A stretch of DNA of 64,000 nt from an uncultured Chloroflexia bacterium (lineage in GTDB: Bacteria; Chloroflexota; Dehalococcoidia; DSTF01; JALHUB01). Under the pieces are notes generated by a model. It had not been told where the DNA came from. It did no database searches and saw only the letters and a program-made list of their open reading frames with translations. The stretch spans positions 32,001-96,000 of the forward strand of contig CAVSBT010000019.1 of NCBI GenBank assembly GCA_963726245.1, read 5' to 3'. Of this stretch, positions 1 to 12,068 are shown piece after piece (position 1 is the first letter of the stretch; every line of letters begins with the position of its first letter). A program made the translations under genes and the position numbers.

Positions 1-1586
1 CAAGAAGAGCCTCCAGATTCTGGAGCGACGCATCGCCACCCAGGAGCAGCAGTTTATTCGCGGGCAAGGGAGACGAGGAGCTGGGCAACAACGTCTGGGT
101 GGAGGTTCCAGCGGCCCTCCGCGGCAGCCAGAAGCTCACCGACGATGAGGTCGTGAAGCTGGCGGAGATCGCCCGCCGCCTGGAGCAGCACTACGGCGTA
201 CCCCAGGACATCGAGTGGGCCAGAGAAGATGCCCACTTCTACATCGTCCAGACGCGTCCCGTCACCACCATGCGCAAGGCGGAGGAGTGGGAAGCCGTGG
301 ATGAGCCGGCGCCCGTCCTCCTCGAAGGGCTCTCCGGCCAGCCCCGGCGTCGCCGCCGGTCCGGTCAAGATCGTCATGGACCCCTCAGAGATAGGGAAGG
401 TGGAGAAGGGCGACATCCTGGTGGCCGAGATGACGACGCCTGACTACGTGCCGGCCATGAAGCGGGCGGCGGCCATCATCACCGACCGCGGCGGGCGCAC
501 CGCCCACGCCGCCATCGTCAGCCGCGAGCTGGGCATCCCCTGTGTTGTCGGCACTGGCAGCGCCACCAAGACTCTGCGCGATGGAGCAGACCGTGACCGT
601 GGACGGCTACTGGGGCCGGGTCTACGACGGCCGCGCCGAGGCCAGCCTGGCCTGGGCCACCCAGGAGAAGGAACGCTATGCGGCGGGCGCCCGCCTCAAG
701 ACCAGGACCAGGGTTTACGTGAACCTGGCCGAGCCCGAGCTGGCCGACGTCATCGCTGCCCGCAGCGTGGACGGCGTTGGTCTCCTCCGGGCCGAGTTCA
801 TCGTCGCCCAGATCGGCGAGCACCCCCGCCTGGCTATCGACGAAGGCCGCTCGGAGGAGTACATCGAGAAGCTGGCCGACGGCATGCGCAAGTTCGCCAA
901 AGCTTTCGACCCGAGGCCCGTCGTCTACCGCATGACCGACTTCAAGACCAACGAGTACGCCAACCTCCGCGGCGGCGAGCGCTACGAGCTGCCCGAAGAG
1001 AACCCCATGATCGGTTACCGCGGCGCCTCCCGCTACGTGAGCGACGCGGATGTCTTCAAGCTGGAGATTGACGCCATCAAGCGCGTGCGTGCCGAGTACA
1101 AGAACCTCTGGGTGATGATCCCCTTCGTGCGCACCCCGGCGGAGCTGGCCGGCGTCCGCGACCTCATGGCCCAGAACGGCCTCGTCCGGTCCGAGGACTT
1201 CAAGCTCTGGATGATGGCGGAGGTGCCCTCCAACGTCTTCATCCTCGACCGGTTCATCGACGAGGGCATCGACGGCATCTCCATCGGCTCCAACGACCTA
1301 ACGCAGCTCATCCTGGGCATCGACCGCGACAGCGAGCGGCTTGCCAAGCTGTTCGACGAGCGGAATGAGGCAGTGATGATAGGCCTGGAGACGCTGATCA
1401 CCACCGCCCGGCGCCGGGGCATCACCTCCTCCATCTGCGGCCAGGCGCCGTCCGACTACCCGGAGCTTGCTCAGAAGCTGGTGGAGTGGGGCATCACGTC
1501 CCTGTCTCGTGAACCCGGACGTCATCGACAAGACGCGGCAGATCATCCACGCCGCCGAGGAGAAGCTGGCGGTAGCGGTGACCTAG
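1..1586 (+). CDS. ppsA: Phosphoenolpyruvate synthase, 5'-partial, split by about 3 frameshifts
   Basis: [27 protein letters not shown] (phospho-His), [10 protein letters not shown] and SIGSNDLTQ motifs across ORFs 99..443, 229..1071 and 542..1744; likely stop TAG 1584-1586. Confidence 0.93.
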
Positions 1587-1620
1587 GGCGCGTCCACACA
1601 AGGGTCTCTGTAAACACCAG

Positions 1621-1652
1621 GGGACGCCCGCCTCAGCAGGCGGGCGTCTCTC
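1621..1652 (+). terminator. GC-rich hairpin after ppsA
   Basis: gggacgcccgcct-cagc-aggcgggcgtctc followed by a weak pyrimidine tail. Confidence 0.6.
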
Positions 1653-1655
1653 TGA

Positions 1656-1860
1656 GTGGACGGCGACATTCACACCAGCAGTGTCGAGGGGTTCTGGTCC
1701 TTGGCGAAGAGGGGAATTGGCGGCGTCCATCACGCCGTCAGTGAGGAATACCTACAGACCTACCTAAACGTGTACGCATTCCGCTATAATAGGCGCGCTT
1801 TGAAGACGCCAATGTTCAAGGCTGTTCTGGATCGCGCTTCGGCTCCTGCCGATGGATTTC
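1656..1860 (+). pseudogene. IS1595 DDE transposase C-terminal fragment
   Basis: DIHTSSVEGFWSLAKRGIGGVHHAVSEEYLQTYLNVYAFRYNRR matches the IS1595 HT..EGFW..KR...H..S..L..YL....R.N.R pattern; N-terminus absent. Confidence 0.85.
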
Positions 1861-2014
1861 TTGCGCACGAGGCGTCCAAAGTCCTGCTTAGTGAAAGGAC
1901 GCGACTTCGCCGCCTTCTTCTGAGGACGCTTGACAGATGACTTCATCGGTCATTCCGGCTGGTGCGCCACCACCAAGCCGTCAACCTACCCTAGTCTAGC
2001 TCGGGGAGGCTGAC

Positions 2015-2838
2015 ATGGCTATGTTGCGCGTCGTAATAAGAGGGGAGCTCGGCCAGATTTCTGCCGAATCCTTCGCGTCCATCATCCAGCATTCTCTTGC
2101 GGTTCTCCATGACTTGGACCGGCATATCTCCGAACGGCAGGGGGGAACTCTTCGCTGGGTAGTGGAAGACATTGGGAGAGGCTCGATCCCCATACTACTT
2201 AGAGCCAAGGTGGTCCACGGCGACAAGGACTATTCCCCCGATGTGCACCATCGCTTCACGGACGGCATCCAAGTAATCCGGCGCGAAGAAGGAACACCGC
2301 CGTACTTCACCTATGACAATGTGAAAGCAGTCCGCGATATTGTCCGTCAGTTTGGCAGAGACGGCGTTACCAGCGTCATCTACGATGAAACCGACAGCCT
2401 ACACGATGAACTTGGAGCCGGTGAAGAACAGGCCGAACTGACCCATGAGATTGAAGCAGAACTCAACAGGTTGACGGGCGTACATTACCATGCACTCGGC
2501 GCGATTGAGGGACGCGTAGAACTGGTTTCTGTGCAGCGGCGCTGGCGGCGCTTCAGCATCACCCTGCCACGCACGAAGCGGGCCGTGCGGTGCAGTCTCC
2601 CATATGATCTCGAACGGGATGTCTTCGAGGCGATCAAGAGAGACGCCGCGTGGTTGCTAGTGGGCTTATTGCGTACAACATCCGAGATGAACCAATGAAG
2701 TTGGACGTGCGGGGTAACCTCAGGTTCTTGGGAGAGCCAGAGGACTTGCCAACGATAACTGAACTGGCTGGAAGCGACCGCGAACTCACGGGCGGCATGG
2801 ATACAGAGGATTTCATCAGGAGTCTGAGGGATGGCTAA
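2015..2838 (+). CDS. Hypothetical protein coupled to the PIN gene (putative antitoxin/partner); frameshift near 2640
   Basis: ORFs 2015..2698 and 2650..2838 join into ~274 aa; RBS ggagg; stop overlaps the PIN start. Confidence 0.7.
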
Positions 2839-3376
2839 ACTGCCCGGTCAGCCTGAGATGGGACTTGCGACCCTCCCGCCCCTTGAGCGACCTTACTTGG
2901 ACTCCTCAGTCTTCGTAGCTCACATCAAAAAGGAGCAGATTCCTTGTAGGGGGAGGACGAGGCTTGATATCACGACCGACCTGCTGCAGGGCGCGAAGGA
3001 CGGGAAGTACAAGATATATACTTCGTTTCTCACCCTGGCTGAGGTTCGTCGGCTAAAGGAGGCGAACAAGGAACTCACGCGGGACGAACTTCCTGAGGTA
3101 AAGGCACTGTTTAGCCGGTTCCTAGAGCACGAGTGGATTCTGCCGATCGAAGTAAACCGGGAGATCGGAGAGAAGGCACGGGAATTGGGTGCTACCTTTG
3201 GCATGAGCCCGACCGACGCCATTCACCTTGCCTCGGCGATCTATGCAGGCTGCAAAGTCCTCATGGTGTGGGATAAGGGTCGCTTCTCCAACCTCTTCAA
3301 GGATGGCCCTTACGAGGGGGTTCACGTCATGGAACCCTACTGGGAAGGTGCCAGCCCACTTGTCCTGACGGGATAA
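2831..3376 (+). CDS. PIN-domain (VapC-like) ribonuclease
   Basis: YLDSSVFV, TSFLTLAEV, DAIHLASA and VWD acidic active-site motifs. Confidence 0.88.
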   Translation: MAKLPGQPEMGLATLPPLERPYLDSSVFVAHIKKEQIPCRGRTRLDITTDLLQGAKDGKYKIYTSFLTLAEVRRLKEANKELTRDELPEVKALFSRFLEHEWILPIEVNREIGEKARELGATFGMSPTDAIHLASAIYAGCKVLMVWDKGRFSNLFKDGPYEGVHVMEPYWEGASPLVLTG

Positions 3377-3400
3377 TTGCCTGTCAAGTACATAATTCCC

Positions 3401-3427
3401 GACCCTTCGCTTCGCTCAAGGGTGACA
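3401..3427. repeat. Right half of a REP-like palindrome (full copy at 15193-15255)
   Basis: gacccttcgcttcgctcaagggtgaca vs gacccttcgcttcgctcagggtgaca. Confidence 0.8.
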
Positions 3428-3495
3428 AATACGTAAGGTCTATCCACAGACCGTAGAGTCTGGCCCCCTTCTCGCGGCGCGCGGGCTCCGGTACA

Positions 3496-4551
3496 ATGCG
3501 GCCGATGCAGCCCCACGAGTCGGTCAGGGCCCGCCTGGAGGAGGCGGAGCGACGCCTCTCGCCTTTCGCCGCCCGCAGCTTCGAGAGCCGCGGCCGCGAG
3601 CGGCCGGAGGAACCGTCGCCCGTCCGCACGGCGTTCCAGCGCGACCGCGACCGCATCATCCACAGCAAGGCGTTCCGTCGGCTCAAGCACAAGACGCAGG
3701 TCTTCATCGCCCCCGCCGGCGACCACTTCGTCACGCGTCTCACGCACACCCTGGAGGTGGCGCAGGTCGCCCGCACCATCGCCCGCGCCCTCAACCTGAA
3801 CGAGGATCTGACGGAGGCCATCGCCCTGGGGCACGACCTCGGCCACACGCCCTTCGGCCATACCGGCGAGGACGCGCTCGCCGAGCTGCTGCCCGGCGGC
3901 TTCCACCACAACGAGCAGAGCCTGCGGGTGGTCACCCACCTGGAGAAGAGCGGCCAGGGGCTCAACCTCACCTGGGAGGTCCGCGACGGCATCCTCAAGC
4001 ACTCCAAGCCCAGGGAGGACATCCTGGCCGAGGGAGGCGGCCTGCCCGAGACCCTGGAAGGGCAGGTGGTTCGCCTGGCCGACTCCATCGCCTACCTGAA
4101 CCACGACATCGCCGACGCCATCCGGGCCGGCCTCCTGCGCGAGGAGGACCTGCCACGCTCCGTCCGCGAGACGCTGGGCGGCGGCCACTCTCAGCGCATC
4201 GACAGCCTGGTGTGCGACATCATCGACTACTCGTGGGCGGTCTCGGGCCTCGCCGGCGGCGATGCGCGACCCCAAGTCGGCATGAGCGGCGAGATGGCGG
4301 CCGCCGCCAACGAGCTGCGCGACTTCATGTTCGAGAACGTCTACCTTTGGGAGGGCAAACGCCCCGAGGCTACCCTGGCTCGCCGCGTCGTATTCTTCCT
4401 CTTCGACTACTACCTGGCGCAGCCTGACGAGATCGACTCCGATTTCGTTCGTCCGGAAGACACGCCGGAGCGACGGGCCGCGGACTACATCGCCGGCATG
4501 ACGGACCTTTTCGCCAAGGGGACGGCCGTCGAACTGGGATTCCGCTCCTAA
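3496..4551 (+). CDS. dgt: dNTP triphosphohydrolase (HD family)
   Basis: FQRDRDRIIHS, LKHKTQVF, TRLTHTLEV, HDLGHTPFGH, DYIAGMTD. Confidence 0.93.
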   Translation: MRPMQPHESVRARLEEAERRLSPFAARSFESRGRERPEEPSPVRTAFQRDRDRIIHSKAFRRLKHKTQVFIAPAGDHFVTRLTHTLEVAQVARTIARALNLNEDLTEAIALGHDLGHTPFGHTGEDALAELLPGGFHHNEQSLRVVTHLEKSGQGLNLTWEVRDGILKHSKPREDILAEGGGLPETLEGQVVRLADSIAYLNHDIADAIRAGLLREEDLPRSVRETLGGGHSQRIDSLVCDIIDYSWAVSGLAGGDARPQVGMSGEMAAAANELRDFMFENVYLWEGKRPEATLARRVVFFLFDYYLAQPDEIDSDFVRPEDTPERRAADYIAGMTDLFAKGTAVELGFRS

Positions 4552-4662
4552 GCAGCCGGCAGACGGCCCGTCGAGATGCTGTGCGGGCCGCCGCTCTCTG
4601 CTACAATGCCGTCGTGAGTACCGGTTGCTCGTCCGCCTGCCGCGCCAGGGTCTGAGAGTCCC

Positions 4663-5652
4663 ATGCCCAGCCTTCTGCGCAATCCTCTCGTCCTTGGGGG
4701 CCTGGCCGTCGTGCTGGCCGCTGCCGCCGCCGTGGTGGTCGTCGTTGTCTTGAGCGACGACAAGACGGAGACGGTCGTCGTCGTCACGCCTTCGCCGCAG
4801 ACGTCGACGCCACGCGGCACGCGCACACCGACGTCTGTGGCGCTGGAAGGGACAACGGGGCGCGCCCTCTCCATACTCACCGTGCGTGCGGGCCCCGGAA
4901 CGGGCTACATCAGCCTGGGCATAGCGCCCCGCGACTCAGAATTGGACGTAGTGGGCAAGAATGGGGAGGGGAGCTGGCTGGAGATATCCTATCCGCCGGG
5001 GTCCCAACTCATGGGATGGGTGTCGGCTGACGGCGTCGAATTGAAAGAGAGCTTGGCGGGCCTGCCCGTGGCCACACCGGAGTCGCTGGTGCTGCCTGTT
5101 GTGCCCACGTATGCGCCGGGAGCTTTTGTCGAAGAGGACTCGGGTACGCCGGAGGCCGGGCCGCTGCCTGACCTCACGGTCAGTAACGCCTCCCTCCTAG
5201 ATGGCGACCTGGTGGTCACGATCACCAACCTGGGCGCAGCCGACGCCGCCGCACCTATCGACGTTGCCATCTACAACGGCGACGGGTCTATACTCCTCCG
5301 GCTGGCCGGCATCGGCGAGCCCCTGCCCGCCGGCTCCAGCGTCAACCTCGACACCCGCTACCAGCCCGGTGGAGGCCAGCAGCGGCTTCTGATTCGTGTC
5401 GACTCAAGCGACCGCGTGAAGGAGGCCGACGAGGACAACAATGAGGTTCTCTTCGGCGTCTCCGGCCTTCCGGCGTCGCCATCGCCGACGGTGCCCCGGC
5501 GCTCGCCTACCCCTACTGCAACGGCGCGGTTCGGGCCCCCACCGTTTACCGCAACACCGGCGATACCTGCCCGCACACCAACGAAGACCCCTACCAGGCC
5601 CGTTCCCACGTCTACCCCAACGGCCCAGAGCACGCAAGCGGGTGGAGGTTAG
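4663..5652 (+). CDS. Membrane-anchored SH3b + CARDB domain protein
   Basis: N-terminal TM; VRAGPG...W...GWV (SH3b); PDLTV and D..DRVKEADEDNN (CARDB); Pro/Thr-rich tail. Confidence 0.75.
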   Translation: MPSLLRNPLVLGGLAVVLAAAAAVVVVVVLSDDKTETVVVVTPSPQTSTPRGTRTPTSVALEGTTGRALSILTVRAGPGTGYISLGIAPRDSELDVVGKNGEGSWLEISYPPGSQLMGWVSADGVELKESLAGLPVATPESLVLPVVPTYAPGAFVEEDSGTPEAGPLPDLTVSNASLLDGDLVVTITNLGAADAAAPIDVAIYNGDGSILLRLAGIGEPLPAGSSVNLDTRYQPGGGQQRLLIRVDSSDRVKEADEDNNEVLFGVSGLPASPSPTVPRRSPTPTATARFGPPPFTATPAIPARTPTKTPTRPVPTSTPTAQSTQAGGG

Positions 5653-5752
5653 AAGAAGAACCTGCCTGCCCCTCGACGAGGCAGGCCCGCCTGCCGGCGG
5701 ATCAGTTCTCAAGCGGGGTACGGATCGCGTTTGCAGGGATAGGCAACCCTCC

Positions 5753-7699
5753 ATGAGCACCGTCGACGAAGTCAAGCAGCGCCTGGACATAGTGGACCTG
5801 GTGAGCCAGCACGTCGCCCTCCAGAAGTCAGGGCGCAACTTCCGCGCCCTCTGTCCCTTCCACAGCGAGCGCTCGCCCTCCTTCTACGTCTTTCCGGACC
5901 GTCAGACGTGGCACTGTTTCGGCGCCTGCGCCACCGGCGGCGACGTCATCAGCTTCGTGATGAAGAAAGATGGGCTGGAGTTTCGAGCCGCCCTGGAGCT
6001 CCTGGCGCAGCGCGCCGGCGTCACCCTCCGCACTCCTTCGGCCGAGCAGGAGGACCCCCGTCGCGAGGCCATGCGCCGCGCCAACGAGGCGGCGGCGCAC
6101 TTCTTCCACCACTGCCTCCTCAACAGCCCGCAGGCATCCTCCGCTCTCGAGTACGTGCAGGGCCGCGGCCTCAACCAGGAGACCATCGCTTCCTTCCAGA
6201 TAGGCTATGCCCTCGACTCCTGGGACGAGCTGAAGCGACATCTCGTGGGCGACGGCTTCGAGGAGGGGGACCTGCTGGCGGCGGGCCTCCTGGTGGAAGG
6301 CGAACGCGGCCCCTATGACCGCTTCCGAGGGCGGCTCGTGTTCCCCATCCGGGACGAGCGCGGCCGGGTGGCGGGCTTCGGCGCGCGGGCCCTGGACGAC
6401 AGCGTTCCCAAGTACCTGAACACGCCGCAGAGTCCGATATTTGACAAGGGAGGGATTTTGTATGCCCTGGACAGGGCCAAGGAGCACATCCGGAGTGGGG
6501 GTCAGGCCATAATCGTGGAAGGCTACATGGACGCCATCGCCGCCCACCAGCACGAGCTGGGCAACGTGGTGGCTTCCATGGGTACCGCCATCACAGAGAG
6601 GCAGGCGGGCCTCCTCAAGCGCTACACGAGGAACCTGATCCTGGCCCTGGACGCGGACCTGGCAGGTAGTGAGGCCACTCTTCGCGGCATACAGGTGGCC
6701 GCCGACACCGCCGACAGGACGGTCGTCGCCATGCCCACCTGGCGCGGGCTCATCCGCCAGCAGGAGGCCCTCGCCGCCGAGATACGTGTCCTCACCCTTC
6801 CCGCCGGCATGGACCCGGACGAGGTCATCCGCCGTGACCCCGACGAATGGCGGCGGCTCGTCGAGACTGCGAAGCCCGTGGCCGACCACCTCTTCGAGGC
6901 GCTGGCCACCCGCCTCAAGGGCGTGTCCAGCCCCCTCGAACGCTCGAAGGCGGCCATGGAGCTGGTGCCCGTGCTGGAGGGGCTCGCGGACCCGGTGGCC
7001 CAAGCCACCTACGTGCAGCGACTGGCGCGCGTCCTGGAACTGGACCATGCCGGCGAGGAGACGGTGCTCCGCGCCCTCCGTCGGCGGGGACGCCGTGCGC
7101 CGGCGGCCGCCGAAGACTCCGACAGCCCGCCGGCGCTGCGGCCGGCGGCTCGCGAGCCTGGCGAGGAGTACCTGCTGGCGCTCCTCCTGCGCTACCCGGT
7201 CCTGAGGGGACAGGGACAAGCTCTGGCGGCGGACGTCTTCTCGCTTAGCGAGAACCGTCAGCTCTTCGAGGCCTGGCGCACCGCTGCCGCACAGACAAGG
7301 GAAGACGTGACAGAGGAGGTCCGGCGTCTCCTCCCAGATGAGCTACATGCGCATCTAGAGAACGTGCTGGCGCGCGACATGCCGCCCTTTCAAGTCGGGC
7401 AGGCGGAGAAGGCGCTGGAAGATTGTATCTGGCGTATAGAACAGCGTAAACTAAAACTAGAGAAGCTGGCTAGCAGTCTGGCCCTGGCGGATTCTGAGCA
7501 GGAGATTGGTCCGGCCCGACTGGCTGAGCTCGCCAGGTCCATCCAGGAAGGCACGCTCCCACCCGGTCAGGAGGCCAATCACACCCTGGAGGCCGCCACC
7601 GCCCTCGTCGAGGACACAGAGGCTGGCATCAGGGTTCATCGTCGTTCTCTGGAGAAGGACCACCAGGGAACAAAGGAGCAGCCAGCTCAGGAGGGGTGA
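5753..7699 (+). CDS. dnaG: DNA primase
   Basis: CPFHSERSPSF...WHCFGAC zinc finger; KYLNTP, EGYMD, DADLAG TOPRIM motifs. Confidence 0.96.
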   Translation: MSTVDEVKQRLDIVDLVSQHVALQKSGRNFRALCPFHSERSPSFYVFPDRQTWHCFGACATGGDVISFVMKKDGLEFRAALELLAQRAGVTLRTPSAEQEDPRREAMRRANEAAAHFFHHCLLNSPQASSALEYVQGRGLNQETIASFQIGYALDSWDELKRHLVGDGFEEGDLLAAGLLVEGERGPYDRFRGRLVFPIRDERGRVAGFGARALDDSVPKYLNTPQSPIFDKGGILYALDRAKEHIRSGGQAIIVEGYMDAIAAHQHELGNVVASMGTAITERQAGLLKRYTRNLILALDADLAGSEATLRGIQVAADTADRTVVAMPTWRGLIRQQEALAAEIRVLTLPAGMDPDEVIRRDPDEWRRLVETAKPVADHLFEALATRLKGVSSPLERSKAAMELVPVLEGLADPVAQATYVQRLARVLELDHAGEETVLRALRRRGRRAPAAAEDSDSPPALRPAAREPGEEYLLALLLRYPVLRGQGQALAADVFSLSENRQLFEAWRTAAAQTREDVTEEVRRLLPDELHAHLENVLARDMPPFQVGQAEKALEDCIWRIEQRKLKLEKLASSLALADSEQEIGPARLAELARSIQEGTLPPGQEANHTLEAATALVEDTEAGIRVHRRSLEKDHQGTKEQPAQEG

Positions 7700-7707
7700 C
7701 AGGGAGG

Positions 7708-9289
<1,582 letters not shown>

Positions 9290-9348
9290 CCGCCCCCACG
9301 ACCCGGCAAATCCAGAAGGCCAGGCTTTAGCCTGGCTGTACAGGGCTC

Positions 9349-9418
9349 GTCCTTCGACCCTTCGGCTACGCTCAGGGCAGGCAGGCTCAGGACGAGCGGA
9401 ACTTGTCCGCTTGTGGTG
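9349..9418. repeat. Nested REP-like element (family also at 55664-55754 and 18151-18180)
   Basis: gtccttcgacccttcggctacgctcagggcaggcaggctcaggacgagcgga is near-identical to the 55664 copy. Confidence 0.8.
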
Positions 9419-9565
9419 CGGCCTAGGACAGGCCCTGAAGCTCTGTCCCCGCGGTTGCCGAGTCCCTCGCGGTTGACACCTAGCGTCCCACGGTTACGAT
9501 CAAGCTCAGGACGCGGCCGCAGCCTTGCGTGCGGCGATCCAACCGTAACAGGCGGGGAGACCTCG

Positions 9566-10861
9566 ATGGCCCAGCGCGGTGATGAGCCCAGCGCCCTCAG
9601 CGACGTCCGGGTCCTCGACCTCAGCGGCGAGATGGGGATGTACTGCGGCAAGCTCCTCGCCGACCTGGGGGCCGACGTCATCAAGATCGAGCCCCCCGGC
9701 GGCGACCCGGCGCGCCGCCTCGGCCCCTTCTACCACGATGAGCCGGATGCCGAGAAGAGCCTCTCGTTCTTCTATCTCAACACCAGCAAGCGTGGCATTA
9801 CCCTGAATCTGGAGTCCAGCGACGGCCGGGAGCTGTTCCGTCGGTTGGTGAAGACAGCGGACGTGGTGCTGGAGAGCTTTCCTCCTGGCTACCTGGACGC
9901 AATGGACCTCGGCTACGAAGGCCTTCGCCGGATCAGGCCCGACATCATCCTCACCTCCATCACCGGCTTCGGGCAGTGCGGGCCCTACGCTCACTACAAG
10001 GCGCCGGACATCGTCGGTGTGGCGATGAGCGGCGTCATGTGGCTCGCCGGCTACGTCGATGAGCCCCCCAACCTGCTTAGTGGCAGCCAGGGCTACCTCT
10101 CTGCGTCGATCCAGGCGGCGGCCGGCACGCTCATGGCCCTCTACCACCGCGATCTCACCGGGGAGGGCCAGCAGGTGGACGTCTCCATGCAGGAGGCCAT
10201 ATCCATCGCCCAGGAGACCGCCATGCAGACGTGGGACATGATGCGGCTCATACGCATCCGCGAAGGAGCGACCCGTCTCGGCCTGGTGGTGCCCGGCGTC
10301 GGCCCCTACGAGTGCAAGGACGGCTGGGTCTTCTCCTACGTCGGCACGCCGGGTGGTGCGCCCTGGAGTGAGCTCCTGGCCTGGATGATCGAAGAGGGGG
10401 CGGCGGAGGACCTCGCCGAGGAACCGCAGCGGTCGCTGGCGGAGAGCGTCAACATGCGCTTCATCACCGGCCTCTTTCAGGACCTGAGCACGGCCATCGA
10501 GAAGGTGCAGAAACTCGGGCATATCGATGAGGTGCTGAGGCGTTTCTTCGCTGCCAGGGACAAGTGGTATGTCTACGAAGAGGGCCAGAGGCGCCGGCTG
10601 CTCATCGGCATCGTCAGCACGCCGAAGGACCTGGCGGAGAACCGGCAGCTCGCCTTTCGCCAGTACTTCCAGGGCGTCCGCCACCCGGAGCTGGACGATA
10701 CCCTTCGCTACCCGGGGCCGCCGGTACGCCTGGAGGAGACGCCCTGGCGCATTCGCCGCCGGCCGCCTCTCATCAGCGAGCACAACGAGGAGATCTACTG
10801 CGGCGAGCTGGGCCTGCGGCCGGAGGAAGTCGCCCTGCTCTATGCGCGGGGAGCGATATGA
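9566..10861 (+). CDS. CaiB/BaiF family III CoA-transferase (subunit lacking the catalytic Asp)
   Basis: VRVLDL, LADLGADVIKIEPPGGD, NTSKRGITLNL, SITGFGQ. Confidence 0.92.
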   Translation: MAQRGDEPSALSDVRVLDLSGEMGMYCGKLLADLGADVIKIEPPGGDPARRLGPFYHDEPDAEKSLSFFYLNTSKRGITLNLESSDGRELFRRLVKTADVVLESFPPGYLDAMDLGYEGLRRIRPDIILTSITGFGQCGPYAHYKAPDIVGVAMSGVMWLAGYVDEPPNLLSGSQGYLSASIQAAAGTLMALYHRDLTGEGQQVDVSMQEAISIAQETAMQTWDMMRLIRIREGATRLGLVVPGVGPYECKDGWVFSYVGTPGGAPWSELLAWMIEEGAAEDLAEEPQRSLAESVNMRFITGLFQDLSTAIEKVQKLGHIDEVLRRFFAARDKWYVYEEGQRRRLLIGIVSTPKDLAENRQLAFRQYFQGVRHPELDDTLRYPGPPVRLEETPWRIRRRPPLISEHNEEIYCGELGLRPEEVALLYARGAI

Positions 10862-10920
10862 CCGTGAACCTGACACGGATGCGGAACGGATAAACGGATA
10901 GGGTATCGCTTCGCCCATCG

Positions 10921-10962
10921 GGGGAGTCCAGAGGGGGCACAGCCCCCCTGCTAGGGGCCTCC
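10921..10962. repeat. REP-like GC hairpin (inverted relative of 55881-55937)
   Basis: ggggagtccagagggggcacagcccccctgc vs reverse complement ggggagtgcagagggggcatgtcccctctgc. Confidence 0.6.
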
Positions 10963-11008
10963 AGTCTGAGGCTGACCCGCTACCGGCGCGCGGAGGAGTG
11001 TCCCACCA

Positions 11009-12068
11009 ATGAACGACAAGCAGCTACTGGCGGCCATGAACAGACTGCAGGACATGATGCGCAGCGTGTCAACGGGCGGCGGAACTATAGAACATATGAA
11101 CAGCAGATACCGCTCCCTCTGGTTGAACGTTGACGCTGAGCTGTCGCGCAGGGCCATCGAAAACCCTAACGAGTTCACAGACCTTTGGCAGTGGTACGGC
11201 AGGTGGAGTAGTGGCGATCTACCGAGCTACGCGTCGCGCCGGACGTACATCGCGGAACTCTACGCGCCATTGACTCGCATGATCCACAACACGAGAGCGG
11301 GCACCCGCGCAGATCTCGAGGAGCCGACGGGATGGGCGCGTGTGGATCGAACGATAGACGAGATGAGGCGGCAACTGGCGCAAGCGCGGACGGAGGAGCA
11401 GCTCCAACAAGTCGGACTACTTGCAAGAGAAGCTCTCATTTCGTTGGGCCAGGCCGTCTACGACCCAGAACGTCATGTTCCTTCCGATGGGGTCCAACCT
11501 AGCGCGACCGATGCCAAGCGGATGCTGGATGCTTTCATCAGCGGTGAACTGCCCGGTCAAGACAACGAAGTGCGCAGGCGTCATGTTAAGGCCTCCGTCG
11601 ACCTCGCCATGGAGGTTCAACATCAGCGAACCGCAACCTTTCGCGACGCCGCGCTGTGCGCCGAGGCGACGACGTCTGTCGTGAACAGCCTCGCGATCCT
11701 GTCTGGTAGACGGGATCCTATGCCTGAGCGCCGATCTCAGTCGAAGGTGACTCGCGACAGCAAAGAAGCCGTGCGTGCTCTGATCCAGTCGCTCAACGAG
11801 TTCGCTGGCGAGGAGATGGAGCTCCGGAACCACCCCGGAGCCGGTCCTACGATCTTCTTTGTGGGAGATCCTGGAGACCGCCAAGGACCGTGAGCGCAAC
11901 AGGCAGCGCGCTGAGCACGAAGCCCTCCTGAAGGAATGGAGCGTGAAGGTTCGCACCTTGCTGGAATCTAACGCCGTGGAGTTTATCGCTGATTGGGACG
12001 CAGCCAGCCTCTACGATCGTGCTGACCTGCTGCGGCGCTTCATTCAGGAGCTCCGGCAACGCCTGTAG
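11009..12068 (+). CDS. Hypothetical protein, possibly AbiJ/HEPN-related defence protein; probable frameshift near 11858
   Basis: RBS aggag; EPTGW.RVDR, VGLLAREALISL, SATDAKRML, QHQRTA motifs; lower GC than flanks. Confidence 0.55.

Larger units (their letters stand above)
1656..3400 (+). mobile_element. 5'-truncated IS1595-family element with passenger genes
   Basis: Transposase C-terminus, lower-GC cargo, and AT-rich end ctgtcaagtacataattccc (3381-3400) resembling IS1595-type terminal repeats. Confidence 0.7.
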
